Assembly: GCA_012295275.1 (NCBI GenBank)
Contig: CM022676.1
Span: 13,206,001-13,270,000 of the forward strand
DNA: 64,000 nucleotides
Reading direction: 5' to 3'
Origin: Chrysomallon squamiferum
Taxonomy: Eukaryota; Animalia; Mollusca
Position 1 is the first letter of the stretch. Each line of letters begins with the position of its first letter. The notes beneath the pieces are model-generated. The model made no database searches. It was given only the letters and a program-made list of their open reading frames with translations, and was not told the DNA's origin. The position numbers and the translations under genes were made by a program. This document shows, piece by piece, positions 13,402-25,059 of the stretch.

Positions 13402-14342
13402 GTAATTATTTATTTTATTTTTACAAATTTAGAAATCTCCCATTTATTTCAACAAATGAAATATGACTGACATTAACATAACATTAGAAGTGCAAATTCA
13501 CATCAGTAATTCATATCTTAAAGTTTAGTCAAAATAATTATGAAGATTGTTTAAAATATCTGTTTGGTGTGTGTGTGCGTGTGATTTCTATGTGAATGTA
13601 CTTGTAACATTGCCGTATGTTTTTATTTCTATTAGTACAGTTACTCGAGTTAAACAGATTACAAAACATGATTGAACATAAACTGTATTATATTCATAAT
13701 TATTCACTGTTGTGAAATTTTGTTATGTCATGAACAAACTAGGACTGCCCGAAAATACAGTTAAATAATTAAAAAAAAAAACTTTAACCGGAATTAACTT
13801 TTTCATTTTCTAGTACTGCTTATGATAATGAAACTAAATAAAGTATGAAAATATTTTTCACTTGATCTGAACTTGAGAGTTATGAATTGAATACCATTGT
13901 GTTTTAAGTGTCAGTAGTTTAAAGGATTCTTGTTTCAAAAAAAAAAAAAAAAATGAATAGTTTTTGTTACTTGTTAATTATCAGTAAATTCTATCAGGAG
14001 TATTACGATCACTGCATTTAACTGAATTAATAATTTCTGTTACATATCAGTTTTATTATATGAACAAAATTATCGTATTATAATAAAACTTTTATAAACT
14101 TAGTTCATTATTAACAAACTAACAAGAAAAGAGGAATGATCACTGTTATCACCGTACATAGAATACACTAACTAATATGTGAAGAGTAGATTTCTGTAGA
14201 TATTTGACTTCATTCTGGTTCAGAAGTGACAGAACTGAACTGAAATAACAGTTTTCCTATGTTTATTTAACAGTCAGGTAATTATTAAATAATTCAATTA
14301 AATTTAACATATTTTTATTAATATGAAATGTTCTGCTTGCAG

Positions 14343-14608
14343 GTCCACCAGACTTTCCTTCTACAAGTGGTGAGTGTCCAGATACTTACATAGAGTCAGG
14401 ACAGAGTGGAACTTGTGTGTGTAACACCACTTTTTTCTAGGAACACCTGCTGGCACAGTAAGCTGGATAACTCCTGATGGAACTGACACACACAAACAAA
14501 CTCTTGTCTTGAAATCTATTAATAGAAAGTACAACAATCAGAATTACACTTGTCAAGTCAGAAACTACGTGGAGATCAGAAACTTGACATTTACAACAAA
14601 ACTAGCAT
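14343..14608 (+). pseudogene. Gene A exon 7: Ig domain with homopolymer frameshift
   Basis: cttgcag|GT CCA CCA...GCA T|gtatat, 266 nt (not a multiple of 3). T6 at 14431-14436 gives in-frame TAG; shifting frame restores LGTPAGTVSW...NYTCQVRN. Not in the ORF track. Confidence 0.82.
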
Positions 14609-14913
14609 GTATATCATTGTTAAAACTTTAATAACATTTTTTTTATCTGTTTGTAATTATTTTATTCAGAATTTATTGTATATTTATTTTTTCTATTTTA
14701 TTTTTTAATTAAATTTTTTTATTTATTTTTTTAAAAAGTAAGAGCGACACAAAATAAGATTATTCTTAAAGAAAATGAATTTATTTGTGACATTTTATAA
14801 TTTACTAACAGAGTTTAACTGTTATCCTCTACTTCCTTTTTTGTTTTCACATCTTTATTTCCATTTTCTAAGATTAAAGAACCAGTATAGTCTTATAATG
14901 TTATACATTTTAG

Positions 14914-15234
14914 TTGGTCCTGATAGAACTGATATAACTGGCAACCAAGCAGATTTTGATGCTGATGGAATCAGAAAATTGACCTTGACCTGTATTAGTG
15001 CATCATCAAGTCCCAGTGTGAACTTTACTTGGAGAAATGTCACTAGTGGTCAGATTCTGATTTCAAACGAACCAATCAGAGAACAAGACGCTGGTGATGG
15101 AGGAAAGCTGTTTAGTTAGAATCTGGTTTTGGTTCCACAGTGGTATCAAGATGGAGATGAAATAGAGTGTGAAACTAAGAATTCTCAGATATCTGACAAA
15201 AACTCAAAAACAAAAACTACACTGAGTTTGATTT
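14914..15234 (+). pseudogene. Gene A exon 8: Ig domain with in-frame TAG at 15117-15119
   Basis: ttttag|TT GGT CCT...ATT T|gtgagt, 321 nt; LTLTCISASSSPSVNFTW...GKLFS*NLVLVPQWYQDGDEIECETKN. Confidence 0.85.
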
Positions 15235-15547
15235 GTGAGTACAATGTAAAATATTATATAATAACAATAACAATAACAATAATAATAATAATAATAATAA
15301 TAAACTGATTTTGAATATTTACTCGTTTTGGATAGAATTAGGTTCAGGTGCCATAATATGATTTGTTTACCATAGTTCGGGCTCAAACACAATCTAGATG
15401 TATTTAACTCATTCAATGAAATTAAGAGTAAGGATAAGCTGTGTGAGGTGTGATCACGTACACCCTGGAACGTGTACACAGTGTTGACTGTCCTGTGAAA
15501 AACATCGTGAACATTAACAAAACAGATAATGACAATTTTGTTTTCAG

Positions 15548-15813
15548 ATCCACCTGTGAATCCTCCAGAAATAAGAGGATTCAAGACAGGACAAGTGGTT
15601 TATGAAGGAGACACACTGAACATTCGCTGTGTTGTGTCAGGTGGTAAACCTCTAGTGACATCAGTAAGTCTGTCTTGTGACACAGATCACAGGAACACTT
15701 CATCTGAGAGAGATGAAAACAGTGTTTTTGTAGATTTGTCATTTACAGTTACAGGAAATCTTAACTCTAAGACTTGTCAGTGCAGTTCAGTTCACCAGAC
15801 TCACATATATACT
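15548..15813 (+). pseudogene. Gene A exon 9: Ig domain with G-strand deletion, ends out of phase
   Basis: ttttcag|AT CCA CCT; LNIRCVVSGGKP...TCQCSSVHQTHIYT|gtaagt. 266 nt, phase-0 end where all sister exons end in phase 1. Confidence 0.78.
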
Positions 15814-16083
15814 GTAAGTATATAATAATAATAATAATAATAACAATAACAATAATAATAATAATGATAATGATAATAATAATAAAATAAAAATAATGAT
15901 GATGATGATGACAGAGATTATATTTATGCTGCTCATGATATTGATAATATAATTGACAATAACCAAGGTAACAATAAAAACATGGAAAATAAAATAATGA
16001 TTAGAACAGTATAATACTTTGTTGTTCTTCTTAAGGTTTTAAACTAAGCGTTTTTAATAAATTATTTATACTGTATTATTTAG

Positions 16084-16368
16084 ATCCACCATCATCTCCA
16101 GATCTGGTTCTAAGTTTGAGTTTTCCGTGGTTAGAAGGTCAGAGTAGAAACCTGACTTGTGCAGTGTCTGAAAGAGGAAATCCTCCAGTTGTCATTGTCT
16201 GGTTTAAAAACGGAGTGAAAGATTCCACACACACAAACTCCTACTGGCTGTTCAAACATCTGTCCTACACAGACAACAGACAGACATTTATGTGTCAAGC
16301 TACGAATAACTTCACACTCCACAACAATGATCCAAAGTCATCTGAAAATAAAACACTAAATGTTTACT
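16084..16368 (+). CDS. Gene A exon 10: Ig domain
   Basis: tttag|AT CCA CCA...TAC T|gtgagt, 285 nt; LTCAVSERGNPPVVIVWFKNG...FMCQATN. Confidence 0.9.
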
Positions 16369-17274
16369 GTGAGTATTGTGTGTTTTAATCAAACAAAATT
16401 TTAGTATCTTGGAAATGTTCATTTCATTTAATATTGACAAATGTTATTCTAGTCAGTATTGAATATTTTGAAAGAAAATTAAAAGCTTTCTGATATTTAA
16501 ACATATAAACTGATAATGTAGATATGACTGTTATTTTATTTTATGTTGAATTTTCCTAAATATTCTATTTACTAAAATAAATATGTTTTTTTAGTATTTA
16601 CATCGTGATTAACATTATTTCACTATTTCTACAGACTGCATCTTTCAGTTCAGCACAAGTATCCATTTAATTATTTTACATGGTTAATTTTCTCTTTCAT
16701 ATTCAAACTGCTACAGTTACAATTTTTCTTCAAACTTCATATTTATACATTATTTAAATACAGCCATAGTAAGTTGTTTGTAAAAGTCAAAAGTGTGCAT
16801 CTTCCTGCAAATTATATACGAGAACAGTTATGAAAAATATGACTCAGTAATTAGAGGAAAAGTGTTCAGTGCAATACAACATTCACTATTCAGTAGAGGA
16901 GAAGTCAGTATTAATGTAGCTGGTAACTTTTGATTAAAATACGAAATGTCTGGTGATGCATTACATAACATTTTTGTACGAATAAATACATTTACACAAA
17001 GATACACAAAAGTGACTTTCACTGAAAGTAATTAAAATTGATTTTTTTTTCATACTAATTCTACAAATAAAATCTGTTATACTACTAAAATAATTTGGAT
17101 ATTAATTCTGAAAATAAAATTCTAATACGGAAGTCGAAGAAAAGTGAACACTGAGAAAAAGTTATCTCATAATATGAATTTATAACAGAATGATTGTTGG
17201 AAAAATATGAATGATACACCATGTTTACATACTTTAAATTTCACATTTACATCATTCTTATTTTTTTTTATCAG

Positions 17275-17541
17275 ATCATCCACGAGTGAGTATTGATAAA
17301 TCTGGACCAGTCACAACGCGGGAAGGACAAAGTCTGGATGTAGTAAACTGTTCAGCAGACAGCAATCCTCCAAACACAATACTCAACTGGACATCAACCT
17401 CACCTCACTGGACTGGTGGTTTCCCTTTACATATTGCAGTACTTGACAGAGACCACCACGGTACATACACATGTACAGCGACAGTGTCATCTTCAGTAGC
17501 AACACTAACTGGAACATCTCAGATTAAAATTATAGTTAACT
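17275..17541 (+). CDS. Gene A exon 11: Ig domain
   Basis: tatcag|AT CAT CCA...AAC T|gtgagt, 267 nt; VNCSADSNPP...W...DHHGTYTCTA. Confidence 0.9.
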
Positions 17542-17876
17542 GTGAGTATTTATATGTTAAAACACTAATTATTTGTTATTTCCGTTAACTTTGTATGTAA
17601 ATTATGTTTTAATTCCTGGTTAAGTATTTATCAGTGATGTTTTTTTTTTTTTTTTTTTGTTGTTGTTGTTTTTTGTTTTGTTCTTCATTTATTATATTTT
17701 ATTTTGTGTAAAATGGAATTGTAATTGTGTATATAAAATATTTATAAAACAGTGTTTTGTTTTGCTTAGTCTAGCCTAGTCAGTGTATTCTGTTAACGTA
17801 ACGAAGATAGTTAGATTATCAAGTGTATGACAATAATGACTTGATTTATTACTGTAAATTTAGTAATTGTTTACAG

Positions 17877-18173
17877 ATGCTCCTGATCTGACTTTTCCTT
17901 CTTTAAACACAACTGAAAACACGTCACTGAATATCAACTGTTCTGCTGATGGTCGTCCTGACAACATGAACTTCAAACACTTCAAACATTACTGGAATGA
18001 CGTGTTTATTCAAGATGTGCCAGGAACAAAGGTAACAGGTAATCAGTACAGATTGAAGTTTAATCCTGTTACGTTTGAAGACAGTGGAACTTACATCTGT
18101 AGTGTGGAAAATGGAATCCCAGACAGGAATGGACGTTTACTACAAAACAAAACCAGCAGTGTTTATGTTAAAG
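17877..18173 (+). CDS. Gene A exon 12: Ig domain
   Basis: tttacag|AT GCT CCT...AAA G|gtatca, 297 nt; INCSADGRP...EDSGTYICSVENG. Confidence 0.9.
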
Positions 18174-18404
18174 GTATCAATCTATAATTTAATAACAAAA
18201 CAATAATGTTTACTGAACTTCCACAACCTATATAATAATACCTCAGTTAACATCTGTTCACTATCATGTTCAAAATTTGTATGCAGGTTTCATAAATGGC
18301 TACTGAATTCTAAAATGTATTGTGTAATATAGTTTTCCATATTTTGTAATAGTAATAATTTTTAAATATGCTAATTGTGAACAAAATTATTTCACTGTAT
18401 ATAT

Positions 18405-18462
<58 letters not shown>

Positions 18463-20607
18463 ATACAACTTTTTTTCAAATATATGATAAACTCAATTTT
18501 AAAATTTTATTTCCTTAAAACTGTCCTAACAGCTGACATAGCAATCACTATTTATATTAAAAAAAAATGTAAGGGTAAAAAAGTAAAAAAAAAGATAAAT
18601 CATATTCCTTGTGAATCAAATTAATGAAGTAAACTTCATCCAAGATTTTATTTGTTACTCCATATTTATAGAAAAGAATTGATAAACATAAAGTTAGTCA
18701 CTTTATATGTTGCCAAAGATTGAGGGGTCAAACATGGAGTCTACACATCAACACATTTGATTAATAATCAGCGAATTCATCACTGGCGCTGAGAGATTTC
18801 TTTCATCTTTGTCTCATGCTGTAACAAATTGCATTCGTGCAACAAAACTAATCTTTTAAGAAGGACTTGTATACTGGTCTATAATTGAACTAACTTTTAT
18901 TATCCATGTAACAATACATTTAACACCCGTATGACTTCCACATTTGTCAGTCTGTCTATGTTTTCTTTGTTCAACAGTAACCAGAAACAAGCTTTGACCT
19001 TGGACTGGTGTGATATTTGTAGATGAGTGATATAGACAAGTCAACACTGGTATATTTGGTATTATGAGTGAAGCTCTGGAAAGAAAAAAGAAAGTGTTGA
19101 TGACAATAACAATGACAGTGAGTTTATTCTAATAAACTGTGGGATTACAGTACTTAGAAGAATGTATTACAGCTACATAATAACAAAATTATAATACACA
19201 TGCGTGGAATTTTAAAGTGGAGGACATACTCTCACATACAGTTCTTATTACCAAACATAGCTTTTTTAATAAAAATATATTTTTACTGTTAAACAAATTA
19301 TTATATGAAATTACATTTGAATGTCTCATATATTTATCTGTGATACCTTTTGTTTCATTTAATAATACAGGATCATTACATTCATCTCCAATTTTGTTAA
19401 GATTACAGATACAACATTTTCTGTTGTCTCTTACTAAGAGTCTTAGAATATTATACCATCGTCCAGTTTCAATAGGAAGTTTAGCATTCGCGGTTCTAAA
19501 TTTACATAAGATATTAGCATTCTTCTAAGACAGCTAAATAAGATGGTTTTCTAATTTCAGTTCATTTTTAAAAATATTATAATTAATACCCTTTAGAGAT
19601 GTTTCAGTTTGATTTTTCTATAATTGTTAAAACTGATCATGTAATATTTTGGATATGTAACCATTTAACATTATCTTAGTTGTAATACGTCCATATATAT
19701 CTTAAACCACAATCATCTTCAATATTTATTACAAATTTGTTCCAAGGAGAATCGATAACATGCATTAAATAATATAGTTGTGAGGAAATCTTGTTTTGGG
19801 TTTTGCAAATTAGGTTCCCTCAAAACGTTATCATTCTTACTTTTATAGAAATACAAAGGGGATGCCGTCCGAGTTCACCATAGATCATAAAACCAGGGGT
19901 ACATTTATTAACATTTAGTAAATACTTACACAATTTCATATGAAGTCTTTCTATAAGTTGTATATTTGTAAAGCACCGCATTTCACAACCATACAATAAA
20001 ATTGGTTGTATTAATTTATCAAATAAATCAACTACACAGTCGATGGGGAGATTTTTCTGTTAGGCTGTACCCAGCTTTCACTGCTTTGTTATATAGTTTG
20101 GGAGAAAAAACATTTATGAGATCAGCATCAATTTTATGACCAAGAGATTGAATGATAACTAAACAGTATTGGTTCAGAAATTAAAAGTTCGAAAGAAGAA
20201 CAAATATTCAATAATGTATAAAATTGAGTTATACTTAACAAAGAACGCAGCAGCATTCATGTGTTTTAAAAATTCAGATCTTTTTATTTCTTAATGTTGA
20301 ATGTCTAAATTTTTTCATGTATTGTAAAAATTGATTAAATCCTCTGGAACACTACAATATTTCAAATTACTTTTGTTAAGAATTATTACTCTTCACATAT
20401 TTAAAATAAACACATATTACAATACAGTAGTTAAATCTTTATCATTAATATAATTATACTTTCAGCTGCATTCAAATATAATCTCTTTTTAATAATACAA
20501 TAGTTTAAATGTTTATCATTCATATAATTACACTTTCAGCTTCATTCAAATATTTAATATTACAGTAGTTTAAATGATTATAATTAATATGATAATTTTA
20601 CTTTCAG

Positions 20608-21246
20608 CTGCACCTAAGATCATTAACAAAACAGACAACATTGTGGGAGCTGAGATAGGAAATCCTGTTGTATTACACAAATCTGTGTTTTGTAAACCAA
20701 GTTACACAAATTTTACCTGGACTAAATTTGATGATCAAACTGATTTTAACAACACTCAGGTCACAAGAGAAAATATCACATTTCAAATACACAGTAAAAC
20801 AGTGACAGATTCTGGTTACACATTTTCTCTCAATATCAGTAATTTTACTCAAGATGACATTGGAACATACAAACTGACTGTCTGTAATGAAGTTGGATGT
20901 TCTCAGTTTTCAGTGAACCTAACTGCAGCAGGTCCACCTCTTCCTCCTAAAGAGTTCCAACAAGAAAGAGAATCAACATCACACACAGTGTTCTTGTCCT
21001 GGCTACCTAACTACCCAGGTGGTAATTTCAAACAAAGATTTATTCTGTAGTACAAACCACAAAGTGACTCTAACTGGATTACTTGGCAAAGTGAATGGTT
21101 TGATTACTCAACAGACAGACATAAAATAATTTTTAACATCACAGATCTTCAGTCTAAACAAGTTTACGATATTCGACTGTCAGCTCAAAGTAACAGACTT
21201 TCAAATAACACCAGCAACTATGCTACACTTGAAGTTACAACACAGG
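20608..21246 (+). pseudogene. Gene A exon 13: membrane-proximal Ig plus FN3 domain, in-frame TAG at 21048-21050
   Basis: ctttcag|CT GCA CCT...CAG G|gtaagt, 639 nt; DDIGTYKLTVCNEVG (Ig), then GPPLPP...VFLSWLPNYPGG...FIL*YK...ITDLQSKQVYDIRLSAQS (FN3). Confidence 0.85.
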
Positions 21247-21259
21247 GTAAGTAAAGATT

Positions 21260-21437
21260 AACTGGATTACTGCTTGGCATAGTGAATTGTTCGGTGACTA
21301 AACACAAGGACAGAAAATAATTTTTAATATCAGCAATCTCAAAGACAAAACACTTTATAGTGTCAGAATTTCAGCTGAAAACACAAGAACTCAAGACAGT
21401 ATGAACAATTACGTCATCTTTCAAGTAATTACAAAAG
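21260..21437 (+). pseudogene. Diverged tandem duplicate of the 3' half of the FN3 exon
   Basis: Translates NWITAWHSELFGD*TQGQKIIFNISNLKDKTLYSVRISAENTRTQDSMNNYVIFQVITK-G|gttatc, colinear with NWITWQSEWF...KIIFNITDLQSKQVYDIRLSAQS...LEVTTQ-G. Confidence 0.75.
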
Positions 21438-21925
21438 GTTATCTTTTATTAAATTTTATTAAAACGATGAAAATAAATACGTATGAAATATTTATATGTT
21501 CTACAATTTGTCAGTATAAATATATATAGCCTTAAAGTTAAACCATTTAATTGAATTGTTTCATGTTTGTATAATATTGAATTTATTACCTTTTTATGTT
21601 TTATTTCAGTTACAGAGTATAAACGTATTAGTGTATTACTGTGTATACAGCTCTGAGTCTAAGATTGCATGTGTGTTTTGGTGTATCTCTATGCTAATGA
21701 GTATATTTATTTTCTTGTGTTACAGAATTTTATTCAGTTTCAGTGGAAGCATCTTACAATGATCATCGAGCCATTTCATTCATTTCCATATAATATTTAT
21801 CACTCTCCTCTCTTCTGATTTTAGTATAATCCAATCACACATTTGAAAGGTTTTCTTTCTTTCTACTAACATTAGAAATTGTCTTAACAAGCAGGCGGAA
21901 AATTATATATATATATCTATATATA

Positions 21926-22004
21926 CAGTGGTACCTTGACTTACGAGTTTAATTCGTTTCATGACCGAGCTTGAGTTGGGGCAATCGTAAGTCGAGGTAC
22001 CCTG
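21926..22004. mobile_element. Short Tc1/mariner(pogo/Tigger-like) MITE
   Basis: TIRs CAGTGGTACCTTGACTTACGA ... TCGTAAGTCGAGGTACCCTG, preceded by TA within a (TA)n tract. A related end occurs at 61081-61100. Confidence 0.7.
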
Positions 22005-22450
22005 CGCGCGCGCGCACACACGCACGCGCGCACACACACACACGCACACACACACACACACACACATTAATACATTTTACGGTTTTATAATCAAAAGATG
22101 AAATTTTTTATATTTATTTTGTAATTACAATTATAATAATTGCTTGTATTTATTTATTAATCACCTTTCCATGATAATATTAAAAAAATAATAATATCAA
22201 TCATCATCAAGCAATGATAATAGTTACTGAAGAACGAAGTGTTACTATGGTATTTAATTACTATTAATAGTACTACTACTAATAATCAAATATTATTTCT
22301 TTCGTTTGCAAAAGAACAATTATAAATGAAATATTAATATCAGTTAATATCTGTAGACCGGAAAATGGTATTATATATGTTATTTATCAATTACATCTTT
22401 AGAAGAGCAAAATGATATTATACTTTTCAGTTGTTATTTACCTGTTACAG

Positions 22451-22588
22451 CTTCAGAAGAACAGAGTGGTTCTAGTTCTCTGCTTGGTGCAGCTGTAGGA
22501 GGAGCTGTTGGTTCTTTGACTGGCATTGTTGTCATAGTGATACTTGTTTTTTTGCTTAGAAGACGTGGACCATTTTCAAACAAATCTG
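22451..22588 (+). CDS. Gene A exon 14: transmembrane exon
   Basis: gttacag|CT TCA GAA...TCT G|gtatct, 138 nt; ASEEQSGSSSLLGAAVGGAVGSLTGIVVIVILVFLL-RRRGPFSNKS. Not in the ORF track. Confidence 0.88.
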
Positions 22589-22925
22589 GTATCTTCTTAA
22601 CCAATCTGCAAATTGTGATAAATTAAACAATAATACTAACTGTCTTGTAGGTTATTTCCTTCATTGTGAACCCTTCAATTATAATAATCTATACCTGAAG
22701 AGTCTTACCTTTTAGCATAACGGTAAAAAAAACAAAAAACACACAAAACATACGATAACATCTTTCACAAATATTACATAAAATTACGTTGTAGTATTAA
22801 TACTTGTAGTACCAGCAGTAGTAGTGGTTGTTGCTGTTTTTGTAACAGTTCAGTATTTTCCTGGTCACAATTCTAAATGTTGTAATGTTTTGTCTATCAG
22901 TTTCTGATTTCTATTACCTTTACAG

Positions 22926-23036
22926 TTATGGAACATCCAAGTCCAGTTACAGACCAAACATACGAAGGACTTCAACAAAACAGAGAAACTACTGAATACT
23001 CAAGAATTGGGATGTATGAAAATCTGAGACAAACTG
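22926..23036 (+). CDS. Gene A exon 15: cytoplasmic ITAM exon 1
   Basis: tttacag|TT ATG GAA...ACT G|gtaaac, 111 nt; VMEHPSPVTDQT-YEGL-QQNRETTE-YSRI-GM-YENL-RQT. Confidence 0.85.
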
Positions 23037-23125
23037 GTAAACATAATTATATTTCTTAACCTATAATGAAATCAGTGTTATTTTAAAGAGATTACATTTT
23101 ATTTAAACATTTAAAATTATTTCAG

Positions 23126-23244
23126 GTGCTGTAAATAACACTATAACAGCTGACCACACGTATCAAGGTCTGCAAGAAAGCAGAGAAGAACCACACTACA
23201 CTAAACTGAACCTGTATGAAAATCTGAAAAAAGGTGACAAATGA
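23126..23244 (+). CDS. Gene A exon 16: cytoplasmic ITAM exon 2 and stop
   Basis: tttcag|GT GCT GTA...AAA TGA; GAVNNTITADHT-YQGL-QESREEPH-YTKL-NL-YENL-KKGDK*. Confidence 0.85.
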
Positions 23245-23739
23245 TATTATTATAATGAAAGTAACTTTACATTGTGTACGTTTTTAATCAATATTATAGC
23301 TACTATATTATACCTACTTACACTGATATTTGACGTTTTCTTTGAAAGAAGCTAAATTCAATAAACAGAAACTAATTGTTTAACTGTTATATAATACAAT
23401 ACAAGAAAATATTTTCTAGTGAAAAGAAACACCAATCGTGTCAGACGTTTTCTGGAATTGCTTTTCTAAATTGAAGATAAAAAGAGAATTCTAACATTAT
23501 TATGAATAAAGGAATTGAAAATGAAATGTATAAGAAAAACAAATTCATATGTTGACTATATCGTGCAGTCTGTCTTATTCCATATATTTTCACATGAATA
23601 CATAAAATAACAGACTGATTTCATCTTTCATTTATTTATTTATTAAGTAAATCAGCGTTTGTTCTATTTCGTAAATGTTGATTATATTTCTCGATATTTG
23701 CTTTCAAAATAAATATCATGTTAGATTTTAACTTATTTT

Positions 23740-23939
23740 NNNNNNNNNNNNNNNNNNNNNNNNNNNNNNNNNNNNNNNNNNNNNNNNNNNNNNNNNNNNN
23801 NNNNNNNNNNNNNNNNNNNNNNNNNNNNNNNNNNNNNNNNNNNNNNNNNNNNNNNNNNNNNNNNNNNNNNNNNNNNNNNNNNNNNNNNNNNNNNNNNNNN
23901 NNNNNNNNNNNNNNNNNNNNNNNNNNNNNNNNNNNNNNN
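23740..23939. other. Assembly gap (200 N)
   Basis: Run of exactly 200 N; a round size suggests a scaffolding join of unknown true length. Confidence 0.99.
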
Positions 23940-24240
23940 CTGATCTTATAGACCTTACACTGTGATCACATCAAAGATTATTCCAGAATTTTACAATTAA
24001 GTAAAATGATTGTGTTCTCAATGTAAATTATATTGATTTTATTGATTTATTTATTTACACGATCGAACAGTGAAATTTTTTTTTTTCATATTTTCATAAT
24101 CGACTGCCTAGACTAAAAGCAACTGAACACTGAATATTGGTGTAATCAAGAACATATTGCTTCTAAATTATCAGTTCAGTAAATGTAAGCTCATGCCAAA
24201 CATGTTGGTCGTTGTGTACTAGTTCGTAGAAAACAACTAC

Positions 24241-24284
<44 letters not shown>

Positions 24285-25059
24285 CAGTCACTATTTTTGG
24301 AAAATTACTTTAAAAGTTCTTGTTAAAGTTAGCCTTCATTTTCATTGTTTTTTATTATTTATTGACACCTTTCCCGCAGTATTTTCCTGATTATTGTTAA
24401 GTAAAACAAAGCAAATAAATAAATAAACAAATAAACAGAACAAATGAATGGTATAAAACCATTCATTTTAATGATGTATACTGAGGATTTTGTTTCATCC
24501 ATATCCAGAAAAATCTAACAAACAGATTCTGTCATCTTTTCATGTATCTGTTCAAAGTTTATTTTGTCTTTCGCATTTACACATTTTAAATCATAAAGTT
24601 ATTTTTATTCCTTTAACTTATCGGCTTTTGAAGATTAAAGGACAGTTAATCTTTCAAACTGATATTTATTATCAAAGCCACTTTGATGAATAAACTGGAA
24701 TTTTTTTTTAAAAGCAGTATTACTACACAGTTAAATAAAAGAAAAGATGTTTTTACTTGTTGCAGGTGCTGCAGGCATTATACACTTGATCTCTCAGCTT
24801 TTTTTCGCTGCGAGATAGTTTCAACTTTGTTTATGTCGCAGTTTTGTTGTTTTCATGTTAGATTTCTGTAACTAAATACAATACATTCAATGCAGGGGAG
24901 AAAGATCTAGTCATAATTTCTTTTTAAAAAATACTTTTAGGTGAAATAAAGGCTAACGGTTACATAGCTTCTTCTATGTTTTATGTGACAATCACGTAGG
25001 AGTCTGAAACCGTCTTCTTTTAATTAGTTATTTTATTGTTCAATGTAATATTAAACTTA

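Larger units (their letters stand above)
6927..23244 (+). pseudogene. Gene A: multi-exon IgSF receptor (leader, 12 Ig, FN3, TM, two ITAM exons); nephrin-like architecture; disrupted as assembled
   Basis: 16 exons with AG/GT boundaries and phase-1 junctions. Lesions: exon 4 internal deletion and lost donor, frameshift at T6 14431-14436, TAG 15117-15119, out-of-phase deletion in exon 9, TAG 21048-21050. TM and cytoplasmic exons are intact. AATAAA at 23360-23365. Confidence 0.85.

Noticed and set aside
18700-20230. Possible additional exons in the long intron between gene A exons 12 and 13
   Set aside because: No Ig or FN3 pattern in any frame; exon 12 joins exon 13 in phase; likely TE remnants.
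15117-21050. Both premature stops are TAG: programmed readthrough or A-to-I recoding to Trp
   Set aside because: Both fit ordinary CAG/GAG>TAG substitutions, and co-occurring frameshift and deletion lesions cannot be repaired that way.
6927-23244. Assigning a gene symbol such as nephrin/NPHS1, hemicentin or sidestep to gene A
   Set aside because: Only the Ig-FN3-TM architecture matches; orthology cannot be shown from the sequence alone, and the tail and V domains are atypical.
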